Part shown: positions 17,720-25,777 of the stretch, one piece after another | Numbering within the stretch: the first letter of the stretch is position 1 | Layout of the letters: every line of letters begins with the position of its first letter | Assembly: GCA_016188915.1 (NCBI GenBank) | Contig: JACPGU010000003.1 | Location: 73,045-137,044 of the forward strand | Direction: 5' to 3' | Source of the DNA: Candidatus Microgenomates bacterium | GTDB lineage: Bacteria > Patescibacteriota > JACPGU01 | DNA: 64,000 nucleotides | Notes under the pieces: model-generated | The model's database searches: none | The model's input: only the letters and a program-made list of their open reading frames with translations | What the model was told of the DNA's origin: nothing | Program-made: the position numbers and the translations under genes

Positions 17720-18337
17720 ATGAAACCTAACAAAGGGGACTATATTGACGGTGATGAGAATTGGATTCATACAGAAGTATTAGGGCATAAAAAAAAGAGA
17801 TCTGGGCTATTCTCTAATCTGATAGTAGCTATTGTTTTTGTGGCAGTAATAGTTTTGGTGGTTTTGGCTTTCCAGAATCTTTTTTCCAAAAACGATCTGT
17901 CTAATTTGGAAAATCTGGACAAAATAAACAAAGAAAAAACAGAGGATAAGGCGCCGGCCGAAGAGAAAAAAGAAGAACCGCAAGAATTAAGATACAAAGT
18001 AAAAGCAGGCGACACATTGGCCTCTATCGGTGCGGAATTTGCCGTAGAATGGCAAAAAATTGCTGAAAAAAATAGCCTTGCCGAACCCTACGCTCTAGAG
18101 GTGGATCAAGAGCTGATTATCCCGGGTGTTATGGCGCCAAAAGAAGAGGTAAAAACAGAACCAGCACCAGAGGAGGTAACTTCTCCCGATAATGGCAAAA
18201 CTTATACTGTCCAGCCAGGCGATACTTTAGCTGGAGTGGGTTTGACGCTTAATCTAGAATGGCAAAAAATCGCTGAGTTAAACAGTATCTCCGCTCCTTA
18301 TGCTTTAGAAGTAGGACAGGTGCTGAAATTGCCATAG
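17720..18337 (+). CDS. Membrane-anchored protein with two LysM domains
   Basis: TM helix; YKVKAGDTL..I and YTVQPGDTL repeats ending L.IP/LKLP. Confidence 0.9.
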   Translation: MKPNKGDYIDGDENWIHTEVLGHKKKRSGLFSNLIVAIVFVAVIVLVVLAFQNLFSKNDLSNLENLDKINKEKTEDKAPAEEKKEEPQELRYKVKAGDTLASIGAEFAVEWQKIAEKNSLAEPYALEVDQELIIPGVMAPKEEVKTEPAPEEVTSPDNGKTYTVQPGDTLAGVGLTLNLEWQKIAELNSISAPYALEVGQVLKLP

Positions 18338-18391
18338 AGCTATTATCTTTTTGCTAACTATCCACTTTTAACTATCGATTCTTGTCTAGAC

Positions 18392-18928
18392 CTAAAATGT
18401 TTGTTCCGAACCTTCTTCCAGGGTCTCTCTGTCGGGCAGGTCTATAGTGCCATCGAGAGAAGTATCGGGATCCTGTTTCCCCCAATGGGGGATAGGCGAG
18501 GCATATTCGTTCTGAATAGCCAGAGCTTTGTTGAGACTGGTCAGCTGAGCTTCCAGTGATCCAATCATAATCAAAGCTTGCTCATACTGGATAAAAAGAT
18601 TATGGTAAAGCGAGCGGTAATCTATCACCGTTTCTTCATTGCGCTTGGCGATAGGAGGGGGACTCTCAGCCATGATTTCTTTAATCGGACGGGGCATTGA
18701 AGAGGCAGCGGGTAGCGTGGGTCGTACAGGAATGGCCTTATTTTTTTGATAAGGCTTCCTACCTCTTTCTGGTTTTTTCATTTGGTTAAGATTTTTTTCC
18801 TCAATTCTATATTCTTCACCCTTGGCGCCATTTACTAGGCGCGCTCTTAGGCGACCAGCTTTGATATAGCGGCGGATGCTTTTTTCCGATGTTTTGAGAA
18901 AATTGGCTGCTTGCTGGACGGTGAGCAT
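18392..18928 (-). CDS. Excisionase/MerR-type HTH protein with C-terminal coiled coil
   Basis: MLTVQQAANFL..SEKSIRRYIKAGRL.A motif. Confidence 0.8.
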   Translation of the reverse strand: MLTVQQAANFLKTSEKSIRRYIKAGRLRARLVNGAKGEEYRIEEKNLNQMKKPERGRKPYQKNKAIPVRPTLPAASSMPRPIKEIMAESPPPIAKRNEETVIDYRSLYHNLFIQYEQALIMIGSLEAQLTSLNKALAIQNEYASPIPHWGKQDPDTSLDGTIDLPDRETLEEGSEQTF

Positions 18929-19056
18929 ACTAGAGAATTATGAGTTATGAATTATGAGTTGGGGAATGTGGATAATGAATTGTTAATTACAAATTATCAT
19001 AACCACCTTTTTTGTCTAGACTGGTTTTTTCAACAATAAATTAACGATGGACACAT

Positions 19057-19085
19057 TGGACAGATTAAGGCTGGACAGATATAAT
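19057..19085 (+). promoter_or_regulatory. Putative mnmA promoter
   Basis: TGGACA-17-TATAAT. Confidence 0.6.
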
Positions 19086-19170
19086 AACCTTAGACAATTA
19101 ATTTCTAATTAACCTAACCCAGATATTTTTTAGGTCAATTAGAAATTAGATCAATTAGAAATTTTTACAA

Positions 19171-20484
19171 ATGGTCACCACGAAATCTTCCAAAAACTTG
19201 TCTATCCCTAATTTGTCTGCTGTCAAAAAACCCACGGTTGCCGTGGCGCTTTCTGGTGGGGTGGATTCTTCCGTGGCCGCTTATTTATTGAAAAAAGAGG
19301 GCTTTGATGTGATTGGAATATTTCTCAAATTTTGGGCTCCCGATCCGGACAAATTTCAGAGCAAAAGAGGCAATATGTGTTGTGACGCCTCCACTGTTTT
19401 GGCGGTGCATAAAATCGCCGCGCAACTGGATATCCCTTTGAAAATAATAGACAGCAGTGAAGTTTTCAAAAATGTAGTAGTAGATTATTACATCGAAGAA
19501 TACGAAAATGCCCGTACCCCCAATCCTTGCGTCAAATGCAATCGCTATATCAAATTTGATTTTTTATGGAAAGAAGCCAAAAAATTAGGATGCCAGTATC
19601 TGGCGACAGGACATTATGCGCGCATGGGACAAAAAATCAAGAAAACAAAAAATCAAGAAAACAAAATTAATAGCCATTCTATTTTTCGCGCGAAAGACGC
19701 AAAAAAAGACCAGACTTATTTTCTTTGGGGGATTAAAAAAGAGATTTTGCCACACCTGATCTTCCCCCTCGGAGATTTGGAAAAGTCCGAAACTAGAAAA
19801 ATCGCTCAAAAAGCAAAACTGATAACGCATAATAAAGCGGATAGCCAGGGAGTCTGTTTCGTGGACGAAGGAGAAAACGCGAAATTTATTTCTATCTTTG
19901 GTAAAAAACTCATCCGCCCAGGCGATGTATATGACCAGGCTGGACACTTTTTGGGCAGACACAGGGGACTAATTCATTATACTATTGGTCAAAAAAAAGG
20001 AGTGGAAAATGAATGGACAGTGAAGTATCTCAAATCTCAAAAAAAAGCCAGAATATCTTTGTCGCAATTATCAAGCTTGCCGCGATTGTATGTTTTGCGA
20101 CTGGACGTGGAAAAAAATAGATTGATTATTGGCCTCGACAATGAAGTTTTTGCCAAATCTTTGATCGCCAAAGATATCAATATCTTAAGTGACAAATTTT
20201 TGAAAATGATGGGTAAAAAAGTTTATGCCCAAATTCGCAGTGGACAAAAGCCACAATTGGCCTTATTGGCAAATCTCAAAACTCAAAACTCAAATCATCC
20301 ACGCTTTCAGCGGGATCCCGCCTACTATCAAACTATATTAAAGCGGCGGGACAAACAGATCTCAAAACTCAAAACTATAAAATTGAAATTTACAAAGCCA
20401 GTGCGAGCAGTGACGCCAGGGCAGAGCGTGGTTTTGTACACTAGAAAAGGAGAAATGCTGGGAGGAGGAGTGATAATAAAATAA
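19171..20484 (+). CDS. mnmA: tRNA 2-thiouridine(34) synthase MnmA, with repeat-derived insertions
   Basis: SGGVDS, TPNPCV.CN..IKF, ATGHYAR, KDQTYFL, DSQGVCF, YTIGQ and TPGQS.V motifs. Confidence 0.95.
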   Translation: MVTTKSSKNLSIPNLSAVKKPTVAVALSGGVDSSVAAYLLKKEGFDVIGIFLKFWAPDPDKFQSKRGNMCCDASTVLAVHKIAAQLDIPLKIIDSSEVFKNVVVDYYIEEYENARTPNPCVKCNRYIKFDFLWKEAKKLGCQYLATGHYARMGQKIKKTKNQENKINSHSIFRAKDAKKDQTYFLWGIKKEILPHLIFPLGDLEKSETRKIAQKAKLITHNKADSQGVCFVDEGENAKFISIFGKKLIRPGDVYDQAGHFLGRHRGLIHYTIGQKKGVENEWTVKYLKSQKKARISLSQLSSLPRLYVLRLDVEKNRLIIGLDNEVFAKSLIAKDINILSDKFLKMMGKKVYAQIRSGQKPQLALLANLKTQNSNHPRFQRDPAYYQTILKRRDKQISKLKTIKLKFTKPVRAVTPGQSVVLYTRKGEMLGGGVIIK

Positions 20485-20558
20485 AAAATTAAGAAAGTAA
20501 AAAACTAAGAAATTAATAAATAACAAATTAGGACTTACGCACCTAGCCTTTTTCGCAA

Positions 20559-20597
20559 AGATGTCCGACATCAAAGGATGCTCGATGTCGGACATCT
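20559..20597. repeat. Inverted doublet of REP-like palindromes
   Basis: AGATGTCCGACATC-spacer-GATGTCGGACATCT. Confidence 0.75.
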
Positions 20598-20747
20598 GGC
20601 TAAAAACTATCAAGCTATATTATAAAAACAAACTATATAAAGGGGACGGGACAAATAAGTTCTGTTGAAAAAACTTTTTTTCCGATTTTTCCTCCGCATT
20701 TTTTTTGCAATTTTTATGGCTCTATATGGCTCTATATATGAAGTTGT

Positions 20748-20883
20748 TTGACAATATTTTTTTGCACGATAGAATAATGAGAGCGATAATGAAAAATGGG
20801 TTTTACCAGGTTTAAAAAGTTTTTTTGACAGCTAGATTTTTCTTGCACAAAACCGTTGACTAGTTGTAGACAAAGTATATAAT
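20748..20883 (+). promoter_or_regulatory. Tandem sigma70-like promoters upstream of S-layer gene
   Basis: TTGACA-16-TAGAAT (20748-20775) and TTGACT-16-TATAAT (20856-20883). Confidence 0.55.
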
Positions 20884-21389
20884 TGATGTTAAGTACGCGG
20901 TTGCAAAGAGGAAATTTGTTGCTATTTTGTTGCATTAGCTGTCTGGCTATTTATTAATTTTTTTGCTAACAAAGCCACATTAATTCGTGGTAGCACTTTA
21001 AAAAAATGTGTGGATAGATTCTTGATAAATTAGTTTTCAGGTTGTGGAAAACTAGTCAAATTGTTGTTGCATGCGCGACAGCTTTTAGCAGTTAGAAGCA
21101 AAATGAAAAATTAGACAATAAACAAATTGCGAATGCACGCCAAAGAATTTCTTTTTTCGGCAATCCAAAAGGTCGAGCCCTCTTGGAAGTTTTCAAGAGT
21201 AATGAAAAAGAAAATTCGCGGCTCTGATAATCCAATGATGAAAGAAAAATGAAAAATAAAAATATCAATAAGCCCACTTACAGCGCGTGTGAAAATATTC
21301 AAATTATTTTTTCCCGCGTCAATAATAAAAATAATAGTGGGCACTTGTTCCTTTCAAAAACGAGAGGAGCAAAGGAGGTTATAAAAATT

Positions 21390-24300
21390 ATGGCAATAGC
21401 TGAAAAATTGCGAAAGAGTATCTACGCTGTGATGGCTGTCGGGATGCTTTTGGGAGCATTTTTTGCTTACAGTGCTCCAAAAGTTCTTGCCGCTCCAGCG
21501 TATGATTACCAATTGATCACTCAATCGCCTTATCCTTCCACTCTAGCCGCTGGTGCGACTACGAATGTATGGATTGAGGTAAAAAATACGGGCACCGCTA
21601 CTTGGTCTAATACTGGCGCAAATCCAGTCAGACTAGGCGCCGGTTCCGCGTATGGTTCTTCTGCCCAGCAGAGGGACTACAGTTCGGAATTTGCGGCTAG
21701 CAATTGGGCATCAGCCAATCGTCCAGTTGCTATTCTGCATCCGGAAATCCGTTCAGGCTGGCACACAAGATTCCAGTTTGATATCAAAGCTCCAACATCT
21801 GCTGGCACCTACAAGGCGTACTTTACGCCTGTTGTTGACGGTGTCACCTGGATGAAAGACATTGGTATCTACTGGCAATTGACTGTGTCTGGCGATAATA
21901 ATAACAACAATAATAACAATAATGGTGGGAACACCACTGTTTCTGATATTACTGTTGGTGTAGCTTCCGACACACCAGCGGCCTCTACTGTGTTAAAGGC
22001 TTCTACTGGTGTGCCTGTATTGAAATTCAATGTTCAGGCTCCTACTACTGTTACAGAAATAGTAGTGAAGAGAACAGGTGTTGGAGCGGCTGGAGATTTT
22101 GACAATGTATACCTATATGATGGCGCTACTCGTCTAACGAATGGTCGTAGCGTTTCTTCGGATACGCACATGGCAACATTTACTAATCTTGGTCTGGATG
22201 CAGCCACCCAGAGAGGCTTGACCCTAAAAGCAGATATTAATGCTTCAGCTGGAACTAGCAACCAAAGTGCCTTTGAAGTTTATTCAGTTAACGGCACAGT
22301 TTTTACTGGCAAGGTTGGTAATACTTTCACTGTCGGATCATCCTCTATTTCGGCGGCTACTATAGCTGAGAATGGTACAGCCTGGAATGTCACGCTTGGT
22401 CAGTCCAATGTGGAATTGGGGAAATTCTCTTTGAATGCTTCTTCCGCAACTAACGATTTGAAGCTGAACGCTTTGACAATTCGCAACGCCGGTACCTTGT
22501 CCAATAGCTACATCAAGAGCCTGGTTTTGAAAGAAGGTAGCAATGAGTTGGCTACAACAGCGTCTCTTGCTGTCGACAAGGCTGTCTTTGTCTTGAGTAC
22601 GCCCTACACACTAACGAAGGGTCAGACCAAATACTTTACTGTATATGGTAATCTTTCTGGCGGGCGCACCAACGACACGGTTATATTCTATTTGGACGAA
22701 AAGAGCGATTTGAACTTGACTGACTCTGTCTTTGGTTTCGGTATCAACCTGACCAATAGTTGGGCTTCTGGCGATCAGACAGCAACCGCTACAGGTGGCA
22801 CTATCACTGTGGCCAACAATGGTCCAGTAGTTAAGACCTATGCTACTAACACCACTCAAAATCCTTTTATTGATGTAAATGTTTCTTCTGAAAGAAATAT
22901 TACAGTCAAGAAGGCGTTAGTAAAAATGTATCAATACAGCACAGGTACTACCTATGAAACCTTAGCGGCTGCTAACTTTGGTTATTTGAAGAATATTCGC
23001 ATTGTTGATACTGATACAGGTAATACTTTAGTCGGTCCTCTGGCTCAAGCTTCATCTGGCACTTGCGTAGAGCCTGTGGATGACTCTACCGGTAACGATG
23101 ATGGTGTTTGCGATGCTGCTGAACCAGTGTACTACCAGAAAGAGTTCACCGATCAGTTTGATATCTCTGCCGGTACGACCAAGCACCTGTCTGTTCGCGC
23201 CGACATTGATACTAGCTACACTACTTCAAACCGTGGCATCAAGCTGATACTTGACTTGTCTGGCACGAACTACTTGTATGATAATGATTCTGGACAATAT
23301 GTGGCAGCTGCTAATATTGTCCCTAGTAGCACTTCTGGTAATCGTATGACTGTAGGATCAGATTCTTTGACGGTAGCGTTAGCTGGTACTCCAGTATCGT
23401 CTACGACAGTCAAGAATACTCAAGGCGTGGCTTCGGTTGGTTACCTATTCAAATCTGGCGACACTAATTCTTCTAAGGTCACCAAATTGGTTATTACTGG
23501 TCAAGGAGATTTGACGACTGGTAGCTATACGGCAGCTGAGCTAGATGATGTTATTACTTCTGTTGACCTATATGTAGATGGAGTAAAAGTAGCTGGTCCA
23601 GTGAATGTTAATACGTCTGGCGTTGCTACTTTCAACAATTTGAGCATATCTCTATCTACCAGTCAGAGTAAAAAGATAGAAGTTTATGCTAATGTTTCTT
23701 CCAACGCTACTTCCGATGGTGGCGATGACCTCTATTGGTTGGGTATTGATGCCGCTACGGATATCACAGTAGAAAACGGCGCTGGCAGTAGTTTTAGCGC
23801 CACTGCCTCCGATGGCACATGGAGTGCTAATGAAACTAACGCTACTCCAACTGTAATAATTACGGTTCAATCAGCGGGTACTATTGTCTCTTCGCTCGAT
23901 CCTAGCTATGCTACGAATGCTAATGTGGTAGCTGGTACTTCTGGTGTGGATACATTGCGCATCAAGTACACTTCTGCTCGCGAAGCATTCACTATCAACA
24001 AGATTCGCCTCATGGTGGACCCAGACAATGGCGGGGTTGCATCTGCTGATTCTGCTTCCGACAACAACATTGGTTCAGTCGTCTTGAGCTATAAGAAATC
24101 TGGTGGTAGCGAAGTGGCTTTGTCGAATGGTACTGGTTATATCTCTGGTGGCGTAGTCACTTACACCAACTTGGGCATCCCAGTGGACAAAGACAGTAGC
24201 ACTACTGTTATCGCTAAGGTTAATTACAAGACTACAGCTGAAGGAGCTTCCTCTGGTGAAATCGTAGAATTGATCTACGATGCTAACTCTGGCTTCGAAG

Positions 24301-24941
24301 CTGTTGGTTCTGGCTCTGGTACGACTGACACCGATTCAGATACTGATGTGACCACTGGTGGTAGATTTATCGTCAGAAAGACTGTCCCTACGGTCAACAA
24401 GAACTCCTCTAGCCCAACCTCTGGTATTCCGGGTATTGGTGAAGTTCTGAGATTTGACATTGCAGCTGACGCAGCAGAAGACTTGACGGTAGAATATGTC
24501 ACCTTCAAGCTGACCAGCACTGACAATGCGGGAACTTCTTGGAATGTCAATGATGATGCTACCGGCACTATCGACACGACTGCCGCATGGAGTCTGTACA
24601 AGACAACTGACCTCACTACGGCGTTGACTGGTACATGGTCCTTGCACGCTACTGATGGTTCGACTCTAGGTGGCACTGAGACAGTAGGCTATGCTCGCTT
24701 CTTGTGGACTACGGCTGACACGGTAGGAAAGGGCACGACCACGACCTATGTCTTAAAGGTTGACACTACTGGGGCATCGTCTGTGGCCGCAACTAGAGAT
24801 TCCGTCAGGTTTGATGTCATTGGCACGGAAGATACTACTCTAACTGGAGCACATCTCCAGTGGGAGGATAATTCCGCTACCAACATTGACGCAACCAATG
24901 TCAAGAATCTCCCGGTCTACGGCAACACGATTCAGTTCTAG
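21390..24941 (+). CDS. Putative S-layer/major surface protein
   Basis: AAGGAGGT RBS before ATG 21390; signal peptide; NBR1-Ig-like domain; poly-Asn linker; >1000 aa of T/S/G/V-rich beta modules; strong terminator. Confidence 0.75.
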   Translation: MAIAEKLRKSIYAVMAVGMLLGAFFAYSAPKVLAAPAYDYQLITQSPYPSTLAAGATTNVWIEVKNTGTATWSNTGANPVRLGAGSAYGSSAQQRDYSSEFAASNWASANRPVAILHPEIRSGWHTRFQFDIKAPTSAGTYKAYFTPVVDGVTWMKDIGIYWQLTVSGDNNNNNNNNNGGNTTVSDITVGVASDTPAASTVLKASTGVPVLKFNVQAPTTVTEIVVKRTGVGAAGDFDNVYLYDGATRLTNGRSVSSDTHMATFTNLGLDAATQRGLTLKADINASAGTSNQSAFEVYSVNGTVFTGKVGNTFTVGSSSISAATIAENGTAWNVTLGQSNVELGKFSLNASSATNDLKLNALTIRNAGTLSNSYIKSLVLKEGSNELATTASLAVDKAVFVLSTPYTLTKGQTKYFTVYGNLSGGRTNDTVIFYLDEKSDLNLTDSVFGFGINLTNSWASGDQTATATGGTITVANNGPVVKTYATNTTQNPFIDVNVSSERNITVKKALVKMYQYSTGTTYETLAAANFGYLKNIRIVDTDTGNTLVGPLAQASSGTCVEPVDDSTGNDDGVCDAAEPVYYQKEFTDQFDISAGTTKHLSVRADIDTSYTTSNRGIKLILDLSGTNYLYDNDSGQYVAAANIVPSSTSGNRMTVGSDSLTVALAGTPVSSTTVKNTQGVASVGYLFKSGDTNSSKVTKLVITGQGDLTTGSYTAAELDDVITSVDLYVDGVKVAGPVNVNTSGVATFNNLSISLSTSQSKKIEVYANVSSNATSDGGDDLYWLGIDAATDITVENGAGSSFSATASDGTWSANETNATPTVIITVQSAGTIVSSLDPSYATNANVVAGTSGVDTLRIKYTSAREAFTINKIRLMVDPDNGGVASADSASDNNIGSVVLSYKKSGGSEVALSNGTGYISGGVVTYTNLGIPVDKDSSTTVIAKVNYKTTAEGASSGEIVELIYDANSGFEAVGSGSGTTDTDSDTDVTTGGRFIVRKTVPTVNKNSSSPTSGIPGIGEVLRFDIAADAAEDLTVEYVTFKLTSTDNAGTSWNVNDDATGTIDTTAAWSLYKTTDLTTALTGTWSLHATDGSTLGGTETVGYARFLWTTADTVGKGTTTTYVLKVDTTGASSVAATRDSVRFDVIGTEDTTLTGAHLQWEDNSATNIDATNVKNLPVYGNTIQF

Positions 24942-24970
24942 AAGATATAGTTTTTAGGTAGCATAAACCT

Positions 24971-25011
24971 AACACAAGCCCCGCCTCTTAAAATAGGCGG
25001 GGCTTTGTGTT
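24971..25011 (+). terminator. Intrinsic terminator
   Basis: AAGCCCCGCCT-loop-AGGCGGGGCTT followed by TGTGTT. Confidence 0.85.
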
Positions 25012-25056
25012 GAAAAAACATTGAAAAAGATAAACAATATATTATAAAATTAGACT

Positions 25057-25716
25057 ATGAATATTATTGAAAAACGTAAAATAATTATATTGTTGGCTAT
25101 TGTTTTAATAGCAGTAATTTTGATGGGGGCTGTCTATGCTTTAATTTTTTTTGGTTATTTTGAGAAACGTTCAATAAGAGAACTAGAAGGGAATGCGCAA
25201 GCTCAAATTTTTATTGAAAGCCTTAAAAGAATAGAAAAAAAACCTTATAGACAATGGAACGCTGGAGATTATCTTGATTTAGGTAATATTTACAATAATT
25301 TACAGTTATATGAAAAAGCTTCTTTTTTTTACAAAAAAGCGGCTTTTAATTATGGTCGTAGCAATATTGCCTTAATCAACCTCGCTAATACGGAGGTTCT
25401 TTTAGGGAATTTTAAAAAAGCTGAAATATATTACCTGACTAGTCTTGACGCTGATTCTAGGCAACCAGAATTGTATATTAAACTGGCAGAACTTTACCAA
25501 AGATCTTGGCGTGGAAAAATTTTTGATTCAGTAAGCATCTTGCAAAAGGGGCTAGCAAGCAATAAAGAACATCCTAATATTCTGATATCTTTGGCTCAAT
25601 ATTATCAAGAAACAGGCAATAGATTAGAAGCGATAAAATATTTCAAACGGTCGCTTATGTCTTACCCCGATAATCAAGCTGTTAAAGATGAGATAGCAAG
25701 ATTGGAAGCTTTTTAA
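25057..25716 (+). CDS. Membrane-anchored TPR protein
   Basis: N-terminal TM; YLDLGNIY, ALINLAN and EAIKYFKRSL..YPDN TPR patterns. Confidence 0.85.
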   Translation: MNIIEKRKIIILLAIVLIAVILMGAVYALIFFGYFEKRSIRELEGNAQAQIFIESLKRIEKKPYRQWNAGDYLDLGNIYNNLQLYEKASFFYKKAAFNYGRSNIALINLANTEVLLGNFKKAEIYYLTSLDADSRQPELYIKLAELYQRSWRGKIFDSVSILQKGLASNKEHPNILISLAQYYQETGNRLEAIKYFKRSLMSYPDNQAVKDEIARLEAF

Positions 25717-25730
25717 TATTGGTCTCATAA

Positions 25731-25758
25731 TAAAGCCCCTCTTTTCAAAGGGGCTTTA
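25731..25758. terminator. Bidirectional terminator
   Basis: TAAAGCCCCT-loop-AGGGGCTTTA between convergent genes. Confidence 0.8.
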
Positions 25759-25777
25759 TAATCGTTGAGGTCTCTTT

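Noticed and set aside
20529-20541. TAGGACTTACGCA as a MITE end
   Set aside because: No matching inverted partner was found in the window.
18967-21052. DnaA boxes / replication origin
   Set aside because: One perfect TGTGGATAA (18967) and a few scattered near-matches, with no dense cluster and no dnaA or dnaN nearby.
16453-21890. Diversity-generating retroelement template/variable repeat pair
   Set aside because: Differences between the two copies are not adenine-specific, both are coding, and no reverse transcriptase is present.
21894-21925. AAT/AAC run as a contingency microsatellite
   Set aside because: Mixed codons encode a poly-Asn linker in frame, so it is not a frameshifting tract.
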